32,000 bases of DNA from Halomicronema hongdechloris C2206 (lineage in GTDB: Bacteria; Cyanobacteriota; Cyanobacteriia; Phormidesmidales; Phormidesmidaceae): assembly GCF_002075285.3 (NCBI RefSeq), contig NZ_CP021983.2, positions 720,001-752,000 on the forward strand, read 5' to 3'. Position 1 is the first letter of the stretch. Each line of letters begins with the position of its first letter. Shown here piece by piece: positions 1 to 7,825 of this stretch. The notes beneath the pieces were generated by a model that saw nothing but the letters and a program-made list of their open reading frames with translations, was not told where the DNA came from and searched no databases. Position numbers and translations under genes: made by a program.

Positions 1-2513
1 TATCCTGGCAAATCTTCCAGGGGCAACACCGCCATCACATCATCGCCGCCGCTATAGATCACTCGACCGCAGTAGCGTTTTTCCGTCAGGTACGGCACCA
101 GCCGATTGGAGAAGTCCAGCAGGGCCCGGTTGAGGCCGATGTGGGTAGCGGGTCCCATGCGTTTTGGCGTGTCAAGCAAATCGTAGAAATGACAAGCAAA
201 TTCAGCAGGGTCAATACCTTGGCGATTATTGAAGTAGTGATTTGGTTCTAGGTCAATCAAGTATTCTTGGTAAGCTTTGAGAGTTTCTCCCGAGATGTAG
301 CTGCCCATGCCGTCGCCATCACCCAGCACGATGACCCACCAGTCACCGGGGCTGCCGTCGCCAAGGTTAACCTCGTCGTGGCGATGCGCTTCATCAACTA
401 ATCGGCGCAGAGTGGCAACTTCATTCCCATCGCCGTTTTCAGAGTGTTTTTCCAGGTTGAGATCATCCGCTAGCCATTTGCTAGAGAACATCACTCCGTT
501 ATAGTTTTTCCCTTTCTTCGCTTGGGATGGATTGATACGGTTATCTGTTTTCCAGACATGGGTCGGTCGTCCTCGGGTACGAGCCGCAAACTGAGCTTGG
601 TGTTGGGCATTCTCAAAGCCGCTGCCAATCTTCTTCTTCAAAACTCGCCAATAGGCTCTGAGCTTTGAGTTTGGCTGGTTGTAGGACTCGTACATAAAGC
701 GAGCCGCTGCAATAGAACTGAGGTTAGGAAAGCGGATGAGCTGTTCGTAGTCGATTTCGTCACGACTCTCCTGTAGGTGCAAATCAGCTTTATCCTCGTC
801 TTCATAGTCTTCGGGACTGAGCACAGGCAGGGCCGTAGAGATACCCATCGACTCAGCTACACCGCCGAATTGCCAGGCCATGCGCTTGGTCAGTTCCAGG
901 GCATTGAGCATTTCGGAGCCGTTGAATAAACCCTTGTAGGCATAAGACATGATCAGCCAGAACAGCCGCATGGAGCTTTCCGGCAGGCCGCCACCTTCCC
1001 GGAAGTCGCGGGTTTCGCCATTGCGAAGTTGCCGCTTTTGATAATTCAAGCGGGGATGCAGAGCGCTGAATTGCCCTGACAGAGTGGAACGAGGGCCGGG
1101 AGCGGCGGGAATTTTCCAGTGGCGGGTGTTTTTCACCGCCATGTGAGCGGTGCGCAGGCGCTGTTGCAGGCTGCCCCACCAGGTACCGACATTGAGTTCT
1201 TTCTGGTAGACCCGTCGTTCCGCTTCGCTGGGGAGATCGGTGGGCGGCCATGCGATTGCATCTTGTGCCTTTGCCCATTGACCCTCCTGATCGGCTTCTG
1301 GCTTAATCAGTAAATCTTTTTCAGGATTCCCCAAAGGCACCGCCGCCCAGTAGGGTTCCCAGGTGTTGTCAATCTGGGCTTCCCAGAGGTGTCGCCACTC
1401 CCAGCAGTTTTGCTGTTGAAGCAGCTCCATTTCCTGGCGATAGAGCTCTGGATTGGCTGACTTCTCAAATTCCCGCCATAACTCCTCTCGGGCGGTCTGG
1501 TGCTGATCGTCAGTTAAGAAGGTGATGACCTTATCACGAATGTCGTCACGGATCTTTTCGCTGATGGTTCGCCATTCTTCAACCAGTTTGTTTGATAGAT
1601 CCTGCCCTAACTTCTCTGCTGCTTCTTTCCCTGGCACCAATGCCGTAATCATATTGGGAAAGCCAGCAGTACTGAGACTGTTGGAGATGCGATCGTCGAA
1701 TCGAGCCACTGGCGTGCGACCGTCTGCCAGACAAGCCATCACAGGAGCAAAGTCTGGGTATTTGTCTCGCAGCGTGAACGCATCAAAAATATCCTGTCCC
1801 CACAGGGACGGCACAATCACTGCGTCGGGGCCATATTTATCCGCGACATACCAACAGAGGCGGGCGCTGAGGTGGTGGAGCAGATAAGACCCGGCCCAAA
1901 AATCCAGAAACTTGCGGGAGGCTTTGATGAACTCCTGTACTGGGGAGAAGCTGAACAGCAAGAGATAAGGGATCCGGTCTTCGGGCTTTTCGGCGTCCTG
2001 GTTGGAAAGGGCACCGACGAGGGCCGACACCGTGCTCTGGTAGCTGTGTAGGGGACAGTCCGGCAGGATCCGATGGGCCGGGTAGAGCAGGGCTTGGGAA
2101 TTCGCTTTAGCTAAATACTCCGGATAGAAGCGCCAGAACCACCAGAACACCTGCTCGGCGTCGGTGGAGCGTTGAATCTCGGCAGGGATGTCCTCAAGGA
2201 GCGACTGCTCCCTTCGACTCCGCTCAGGGAGCGGCGGGACTGAGGATGGCTTGGTAATGGTCTGTCGCTGACCACTGATAGGGTGGCGCACCTCGACCTC
2301 GTCAGGGAGATCGGCATTGGTGTCGAGGTTGATGCGATCGCTGGCGGCGGCGATATCGCCAGTGAGCTTTCCGCCGTGTTGCTCCCACCAGTCGTGAAGG
2401 TCCTCAAGGTTCTCCCAACAGGCTAACTCGCCAAAGGGGGCAGGCAGAGGTTCTGTGGAGTCTGGATGTAGAGCGTGGAGAAAGGCGTAGAGTTTGCGCT
2501 GGTAATCAGTCAC
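1..2513 (-). CDS. cas10: Type III CRISPR-associated Cas10/Cmr2 large subunit. N-terminal ~837 codons only; the 3' part runs off the left edge of the window.
   Basis: Own translation of the minus strand from GTG at 2513-2511, with an in-frame TAG just upstream at 2528-2526. The frame (coordinate mod 3 = 2) stays open to position 3, and none of the listed minus-strand ORFs here use it. Product begins VTDYQRKLYAFLHALHPD. Cmr2 hallmarks present: HPISG, PAHRILPDCPLHSYQSTVSAL, LLLFSFSPVQEFIKASRKFLDFWAGSYLLHHL, FPNLSSIAAARF, VIVLGDGDGMGSYISG, MGPATHIGLNRALLDFS and the cyclase motif IYSGGDDVMAVLP at nt ~60-25. Confidence 0.85.
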   Translation of the reverse strand, partial: MTDYQRKLYAFLHALHPDSTEPLPAPFGELACWENLEDLHDWWEQHGGKLTGDIAAASDRINLDTNADLPDEVEVRHPISGQRQTITKPSSVPPLPERSRREQSLLEDIPAEIQRSTDAEQVFWWFWRFYPEYLAKANSQALLYPAHRILPDCPLHSYQSTVSALVGALSNQDAEKPEDRIPYLLLFSFSPVQEFIKASRKFLDFWAGSYLLHHLSARLCWYVADKYGPDAVIVPSLWGQDIFDAFTLRDKYPDFAPVMACLADGRTPVARFDDRISNSLSTAGFPNMITALVPGKEAAEKLGQDLSNKLVEEWRTISEKIRDDIRDKVITFLTDDQHQTAREELWREFEKSANPELYRQEMELLQQQNCWEWRHLWEAQIDNTWEPYWAAVPLGNPEKDLLIKPEADQEGQWAKAQDAIAWPPTDLPSEAERRVYQKELNVGTWWGSLQQRLRTAHMAVKNTRHWKIPAAPGPRSTLSGQFSALHPRLNYQKRQLRNGETRDFREGGGLPESSMRLFWLIMSYAYKGLFNGSEMLNALELTKRMAWQFGGVAESMGISTALPVLSPEDYEDEDKADLHLQESRDEIDYEQLIRFPNLSSIAAARFMYESYNQPNSKLRAYWRVLKKKIGSGFENAQHQAQFAARTRGRPTHVWKTDNRINPSQAKKGKNYNGVMFSSKWLADDLNLEKHSENGDGNEVATLRRLVDEAHRHDEVNLGDGSPGDWWVIVLGDGDGMGSYISGETLKAYQEYLIDLEPNHYFNNRQGIDPAEFACHFYDLLDTPKRMGPATHIGLNRALLDFSNRLVPYLTEKRYCGRVIYSGGDDVMAVLPLEDLPG

Positions 2514-2962
2514 GAAACAGGGTCCCTACTAGGTGTTGGGTCAGTTGACTTTACTGTGTTAGCCGAGCGCCTAGGAACAAACGAAATCCCGACGATGATC
2601 AGGGGATATTCGTAAATTTGCTTCAGCCTACAGGGGAGGTTCAAGGAGTTGCCTCAATCTTCAGGGTTTCTTTGAACAATTCCGGAAACCCTCGGCCGGC
2701 GATTTTCTTAGAGCTAATCGGTTCCAGTGGCAACTGCGTCCCTATCGCCGCTACCTGAGGAACTTGACCGTACAGCGGGTAGGCAGCCCTTTATGAGCGC
2801 CCCCGCAGAGATTGGTCCAGCGGTGCAGGTGTTTATTGAGGCCCAGGCTTAGGCCCATAAGGATGGAGATATTTCTGTCGTCCTGGCTACCTTGCTATAG
2901 TGGAGGATCAGAAAGCCCATGAGGGCGCCTGCTCGCCCGTGTCGCGAAGGGAATGGTAGACT

Positions 2963-3511
2963 ATGGCAATTTTGCAACTTGAGACTGGCCCCCGTTTCAC
3001 CGCCCTGGAGGACATTGCCCGCGAATTGGCCCCTCTAGGCATTGAACTGAACCACTGGCCCCTAGGGGATGAGCCCGAGATGGGATCGCTTCTGGCCCAG
3101 CCCGCCCTAGACGAGGCCGAAAAAGCAACGGTGCTAGAGGCCCTAGACACCTATTTTGAGACTCTCAAAGCCACCGCTGGCTATCAGTCTCGGGATCTGA
3201 TCGCGCTCCATCCCCAGGTGCCCAACCTAGAGGCACTGCTGGCCAAGTTCGACAAGATTCACACCCATGCCGACGATGAGGTGCGTTACATCATCGATGG
3301 AGAGGGGGTGTTTGGCTTCGTGCGGCCCGATGGCAGCCAGGTGCGCCTGACCGTGCAGCCAGAGGAATATATCAATGTACCGGCTGGCACCGAGCACTGG
3401 TTTTATTTGACAGCCGCCCGCCGCATCAAGGCCATCCGCTACTTCAGTGGCACCGACGGCTGGACCCCTGAGTACACCGGGCGGCAGATTCGCGTCCCCG
3501 CCATGGCTTAG
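2963..3511 (+). CDS. mtnD: Acireductone dioxygenase (ARD, cupin; methionine salvage)
   Basis: 182 aa, typical ARD length. Cupin metal-site pattern HTHADDEVRYIIDGEGVF ... NVPAGTEHWF ... IKAIRYFSGTDGWTPEY. Confidence 0.85.
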   Translation: MAILQLETGPRFTALEDIARELAPLGIELNHWPLGDEPEMGSLLAQPALDEAEKATVLEALDTYFETLKATAGYQSRDLIALHPQVPNLEALLAKFDKIHTHADDEVRYIIDGEGVFGFVRPDGSQVRLTVQPEEYINVPAGTEHWFYLTAARRIKAIRYFSGTDGWTPEYTGRQIRVPAMA

Positions 3512-3563
3512 GGACCGAGCGCCTTGGCTGATATGCCCCATCCCCATGGACGGGCACAGATTC

Positions 3564-5744
3564 TTAGCGCTTTTGGGTAAAGGACCAGACTCCGACCCAG
3601 TCCGCGGGAATGCCGTCGGCAAGGAGGCGGTTGGTGCGCTCCAGGTATAGCTGGGCGATGCGGTCGCCGGGATGCACGGCCAGGACCTGCTGAAAGCAGG
3701 CTTGGGCCAGGGTGAGGTTGCGATCGCAATAGGCGGCTACCCCCTGCTCAAATTGGGGTAGGGTCTGTTGCTTCAGATGGCGCTCTGCTTCCGCCTCGGC
3801 ATCTAGGACTTCATAGATGGCAATGGGTTCGGTACGACCTCTGACGATGGCCTGTCCCAGGGAACGGATTAAATAGCGACTGGGGTCTTGCAGTTGCTGT
3901 AATACCTGTCCCGACATCAGCAACGAGACCCCAAAAAACTTAGTCAATCCTTCCAATCGGGCCGCCAGATTAACCGTATCAGAGAGCGCATCTCCCTGGA
4001 TGCGGTGATGCTCCCCGATCATCCCCAACATCAAGTGCCCGACATGGATGCCGATGCCAATCTCAATGGCGAAATCCCCCGTGGTCTGACGCTGAGCATT
4101 GTATTCTCGCACTCGCTGAAACTGGGCAATGCCAGCATCGAGGGCATCCTCTACCCGCTTGGGAAAGATGGCCATCATGCCATCACCGATGAACTTCACC
4201 ACGAAGCCCTGGTATGCCCGAATCTCGGGCGAGATTTTCTGCAAATAGGTATTGATGAAATCAAAGGTTTCCTGGGGGGCCATCTTCTCGGCCAGGCTGG
4301 TGAAATACCGGATGTCCGAAAACATCACCGCCATTTCCTTGCTGACATGATCCCCCAACTCGATCTCGGTGACGCTGGCCTTGTTGAGAAAGGTGAGATA
4401 CTCCCGCGGGAAGAAGCGGGCAAAGGCGTTGCGTTGGGTTTCTAGCCGTTGAAACGAGTGCTGCAATCGCAACACCATGCTGTTGAATGACTTGGCTAAT
4501 TCCCCCACCTCGTCGGGGCGATCCACGCTCACCAGGCGATTATAGTGGCCTGCAGCAATCTCTTTAACGGCGGCGTTGAGCTGCAGGATCGGAGACGTGA
4601 CCCAGCGAGTCGATAGAATGCCAATCACCATGGCCAGGAGCAAGGCCACCAGGCAGAGAATAACGGTGGTGCGGGTGTTGGCGTGGATCTGGGCCATGAA
4701 GTCCGATTCGGGCACCACCACCAAGATCAGCCAGTCGAGGCCGAATGGATCGTTGAAGGGGAGAACCTCCAGGAATTGGCGCTCCCCATCCACCTCAAAG
4801 GCCCACTGCTCGGGAGTCTGGATACTCTGCAGGCGCTGGTATCGTTGCAGCAGGTGCTGAACCGACTGCCGCACCAGCGGATTCTCGCTATCCACTGCCA
4901 TCAGAAATTGGGCATCCTCACCTGTGCCCACCATTAACGGTTCGTCGGTGGAACTCGAAATCAGATGCCCCTGGCGATCGATCACAAAGGCTTGGCCTGA
5001 ATCGCCCACCTCCAGATTGGTGAGAAAGGTGCGAAACTCCTCCGGTAACACCACATCGGTGGCACACACCCCCAGTAATTGCCTGCCCCACTGGTCATAG
5101 ACCGGCAGACTGGCCGTCACATTGGGCAGCCCGGTAGTGAAGGCGATATAGACATCGGTCCAGGTCGGTCGCTCTGTCTCGACGGCGGCGCGATACCAGG
5201 GGCGCTGTCGGGAATCAAAGGGCCGGTCTGCCTGATAAAGCCGGTGTAGCCGCTGACCGCGCACATCCAGGCTGTAATAGTCTCGAAAAAAATTGTTGGC
5301 GGCATTGCCATAGGACAGCTGTAATTGTCCTGTCTCGGGGGAGCGCAGGATGCCAAAAAATTCCCCCCCCTTGGCGCTGCCGCAATAGACGAAGGCAATG
5401 GTGGGGTAGATTTTCATCTGCTGAAACAGCAGATGTTCCCCATAGCGGGCGTCGACGACATCCAGGTCACCATAGGTAAAGGCGCTGGCGTTCAGCCGAT
5501 TGATGGCATGGGGATCTCCGAAATAGCCCTGTAGTTCCCGCCGAATCCGGGCCGAGATCTCACTGCGCAACTGAGAGGCCAGGTCTTGAACGGCCTGTTG
5601 ACCGTTGCGAAAGGAGAGGTAGCCGACTAACCCGACTGCACCAACGAGTTGCAGCAGCACTGGCACAGTAAACACGAGGCGTAGAGTCGGTTTATGAATC
5701 ACCCGGCGCAACGCCTGTTTGACACGGGACTTCAACAGTGGCAT
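3564..5744 (-). CDS. Membrane-bound class III adenylate/guanylate cyclase: TM, periplasmic Cache-like sensor, TM, HAMP, cyclase domain, C-terminal TPR-like tail
   Basis: 726 aa. Two hydrophobic segments (LVFTVPVLLQLVGAVGLVGYL and TTVILCLVALLLAMVIGIL) bracket a ~300-aa extracytoplasmic domain. HAMP-like PILQLNAAVKEIAAGHY...VGELAKSFNSM. Cyclase motifs VMFSDIRYFTSLAE, VKFIGDGMMAIF, GDALSDTVNLAARLE. Confidence 0.9.
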   Translation of the reverse strand: MPLLKSRVKQALRRVIHKPTLRLVFTVPVLLQLVGAVGLVGYLSFRNGQQAVQDLASQLRSEISARIRRELQGYFGDPHAINRLNASAFTYGDLDVVDARYGEHLLFQQMKIYPTIAFVYCGSAKGGEFFGILRSPETGQLQLSYGNAANNFFRDYYSLDVRGQRLHRLYQADRPFDSRQRPWYRAAVETERPTWTDVYIAFTTGLPNVTASLPVYDQWGRQLLGVCATDVVLPEEFRTFLTNLEVGDSGQAFVIDRQGHLISSSTDEPLMVGTGEDAQFLMAVDSENPLVRQSVQHLLQRYQRLQSIQTPEQWAFEVDGERQFLEVLPFNDPFGLDWLILVVVPESDFMAQIHANTRTTVILCLVALLLAMVIGILSTRWVTSPILQLNAAVKEIAAGHYNRLVSVDRPDEVGELAKSFNSMVLRLQHSFQRLETQRNAFARFFPREYLTFLNKASVTEIELGDHVSKEMAVMFSDIRYFTSLAEKMAPQETFDFINTYLQKISPEIRAYQGFVVKFIGDGMMAIFPKRVEDALDAGIAQFQRVREYNAQRQTTGDFAIEIGIGIHVGHLMLGMIGEHHRIQGDALSDTVNLAARLEGLTKFFGVSLLMSGQVLQQLQDPSRYLIRSLGQAIVRGRTEPIAIYEVLDAEAEAERHLKQQTLPQFEQGVAAYCDRNLTLAQACFQQVLAVHPGDRIAQLYLERTNRLLADGIPADWVGVWSFTQKR

Positions 5745-5957
5745 TAGCAGCCTGACCTCAGCGTTAATCTGTCAGCTTAGGATCCGATGTGGATGAGAGG
5801 GTCCCTAAGCCTTGATCTAAGGCCTGGAGAGAGACCGCGCCTCCCCTGTCGCCCTGGGACATCACCATCGCACGCTACCTCTAGATCCTGAAACGACGCC
5901 CTGACTGTTCTTAATGTATATTGCCTGGCGTTATTCTCAAGCTGGGGCTGGGGAATT

Positions 5958-5978
5958 GGTCAATGGTCAATGGTCATG
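5958..5978. repeat. Heptamer tandem repeat (GGTCAAT) x3, STRR-like
   Basis: Read directly: ggtcaat ggtcaat ggtcatg. Confidence 0.9.
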
Positions 5979-6118
5979 GGCCGCGGCGGTTGAGCCATGG
6001 GGCAGAGCAGGTGTCATGGCAGCCATTAATACCGCCAGGCCATCTCGGTTAATCTGACGAAAAGCCGAGTCAGCCTGGCGGATTTGTCATGATTCGGTAG
6101 GGCAAGGCCAGGAGCCCA

Positions 6119-6138
6119 CCCCTCAGCTCGCTCAGGGG
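6119..6138 (-). terminator. Short GC hairpin immediately after the small ORF stop
   Basis: Minus strand reads CCCCTGAGCGAGCTGAGGGG: 5 bp, one mismatch, 2 bp, and a tetraloop. A second, longer imperfect hairpin lies at 6032-6081 (ccgccaggc...gcctggcgg). Confidence 0.3.
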
Positions 6139-6315
6139 TTAATAGCTGCGCTGGGCATCATTCGACTGGCCCACAGATTGCAATACGATCCACGTGCCCC
6201 AAGTAGACAACGCTGAGAGGGTCACAATCGTAGCTACCATCAGGGTGGCATAGGGGGCGAGGGTTCCCACTAGCAACAAACTCAAAATTATGAGGATCAA
6301 CAGTGTCGTGTCCAT
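6139..6315 (-). CDS. Small hydrophobic protein, 58 aa, two predicted TM helices (hypothetical)
   Basis: ATG at 6315 is preceded by GGAGG (6325-6321) with a 5-nt spacer. The track start at 6321 is a GTG overlapping that SD. Product MDTTLLILIILSLLLVGTLAPYATLMVATIVTLSALSTWGTWIVLQSV. A short GC hairpin follows the stop directly. No homology recognised. Confidence 0.45.
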   Translation of the reverse strand: MDTTLLILIILSLLLVGTLAPYATLMVATIVTLSALSTWGTWIVLQSVGQSNDAQRSY

Positions 6316-6326
6316 GGGCACCTCCG

Positions 6327-6391
6327 CTGTTAAGGCTCTCTGTTAAGGCTCTCTGTTAAGGCTCTCTGTTAAGGCTCTCTGTTGGGGCTGG
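6327..6391. repeat. 13-nt tandem repeat CTGTTAAGGCTCT x4 plus a degenerate fifth unit
   Basis: Units at 6327, 6340, 6353 and 6366, with a degenerate unit at 6379-6391. The array abuts the SD of the small minus-strand ORF. Confidence 0.95.
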
Positions 6392-6521
6392 CAAACGCAT
6401 AAGCGCTCTCTATATTTATGATAAGTGTATCTTCTGATAGGCCGACCCTCCGCTTAGAAATACTTGAAGTTTTAGCCTGCTTCTACAACAAATTGTTGCG
6501 GAAACAGGCTGGCTAGTGTAG

Positions 6522-6551
6522 GAAGGCAGAAGGCAGAAGGCAGAAGGCAGA
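6522..6551. repeat. Heptamer tandem repeat (GGCAGAA), ~4.3 copies
   Basis: Read directly: gaaggcagaaggcagaaggcagaaggcaga. Confidence 0.95.
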
Positions 6552-6620
6552 CAGGGTAAGCATGGTCGGTTAATTATCCGCCATAAGGTACTCGGGGAGT
6601 TGCGCCTAAAAAACATCCCA

Positions 6621-6670
6621 TCCTCCCTCTCTCCCTCTCTCCCTCTCTCCCTCTCCCCTTCTCCCCCTCC
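6621..6670. repeat. 50-nt pure polypyrimidine tract containing (CCCTCTCT) x3.5
   Basis: Only C and T occur from 6621 to 6670. Octamer units start at 6625, 6633 and 6641. Confidence 0.95.
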
Positions 6671-6721
6671 ACCTGCTATCCCCTTGATGGGTACTTTTCT
6701 TCACGCGAATCCTTAGTGGGT

Positions 6722-7774
6722 CTAGTGAGGGGCTGGGGGTTGCCGTTGGCACAACAAGAGGCCAAACCAGTGATGCGGATCGGTAAACGTATGGACGGTG
6801 TGCAAGCCATAGGACTGCAAGCTAGCCGCCATGGTTGGCAGATCAAACTTGCGGGAGAGCTCACTCAGCAGTCGTTCTCCGGCGGCGAAGGTGACGGTTA
6901 AATCCAGGGCCTTGAGCCTGGCGGTTTGGGCTTGCAGGCTCTCGATGTAAATCTCAATTTGATCGGCGACTGGATTGTATTGGGCCACATGGCGAAACTG
7001 GCTGGGGTCTAAATTCCCCTGAAAACGCCAGTTGAGATGGTGCAGTAGGTTCAGGTTAAAGGCGGCGGTGACGCCCTGGCTGTCGTTGTAGGCCGCTTCT
7101 AGGACGTCGACTGGTTTGCGCAGGTCTAACCCCAGTAAAAAGTAGTCGCCAGGGGCTAGGGCCTGGCTCACTTGGGTGAGGAACTGGTCGCACTCGGCAT
7201 CGCTCAGGTTGCCTAGGGTACTGCCAATGAAGGCAAGTAGGCGTCGGGGAAACCGAGAGGGCGGTAACTGGGCGAGGACCTGCTCGTAGATGCCAATCAG
7301 GCCGTGTAGGGTTAGCTGTGGATAGTGCTGTAGGAGGGCCTGGGCGCTCTCTTCGACCATGGTGCCACTGACATCGACGGGTAGATAGTGCAGGGGAGTT
7401 CCCTGGCGTTGGTAAGCGTCTAACAACAGGCGGGTCTTGGTGGAGCTGCCGCTGCCCAGTTCGATCAGGTCACAGGGGCCGGTCAGGGTTGCGATCGCAT
7501 CGGCAGACTGCTGCAAAATCTGCGTCTCAGTGCGAGTCAGGTAATATTCTGGCAGCTGGGTAATCTGCTCAAACAGACGAGAGCCTCGCTCATCGTAGAA
7601 ATATTTGGGCGGCAGTGACTTCGGTGTCTGCGATAGTCCCTGGATGACATCGAGACCATCGGCCTGCTCAGGGGTAACGGCTGTGAGATACTCCAGGGTC
7701 AGGCGGTCCTGTTCCGCCAAAGTAGATGCCGACGCGGCGTTGTCTGCCGTGGCAGAAGGATTAATAGTAGGCAT
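6722..7774 (-). CDS. egtD: L-histidine N-alpha-methyltransferase (ergothioneine biosynthesis EgtD)
   Basis: Motifs KYFYDERGSRLFEQITQLPEYYLTRTE and DLIELGSGSSTKTRLLL are characteristic of EgtD. Lies directly downstream of egtB. Start chosen at ATG 7774 (MPTINP...); the track start at 7822 is a TTG. Confidence 0.85.
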   Translation of the reverse strand: MPTINPSATADNAASASTLAEQDRLTLEYLTAVTPEQADGLDVIQGLSQTPKSLPPKYFYDERGSRLFEQITQLPEYYLTRTETQILQQSADAIATLTGPCDLIELGSGSSTKTRLLLDAYQRQGTPLHYLPVDVSGTMVEESAQALLQHYPQLTLHGLIGIYEQVLAQLPPSRFPRRLLAFIGSTLGNLSDAECDQFLTQVSQALAPGDYFLLGLDLRKPVDVLEAAYNDSQGVTAAFNLNLLHHLNWRFQGNLDPSQFRHVAQYNPVADQIEIYIESLQAQTARLKALDLTVTFAAGERLLSELSRKFDLPTMAASLQSYGLHTVHTFTDPHHWFGLLLCQRQPPAPH

Positions 7775-7825
7775 AGGTTCCGGGCTGAGGTCCGCTAGTA
7801 TTCTGCCATTGCCAGCCCTCAATCG

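Noticed and set aside
853-2407. Listed ORFs 853-1278(-), 1119-1313(+), 1522-1887(+), 1817-2014(-) and 2111-2407(-)
   Set aside because: All lie inside the cas10/cmr2 coding region in other frames. Their products are R/P/S-rich with no recognisable motifs, so they are shadow ORFs of a GC-rich gene.
2963-5744. Possible functional link between cas10 and the adjacent mtnD or adenylate cyclase genes (for example, a nucleotide-signalling accessory)
   Set aside because: mtnD is divergently transcribed and is a housekeeping methionine-salvage enzyme. The cyclase is a standard Cache-HAMP-CHD membrane sensor with no CARF, SAVED or other cyclic-oligoadenylate-sensing module. It is convergent with mtnD, not in the cas operon.
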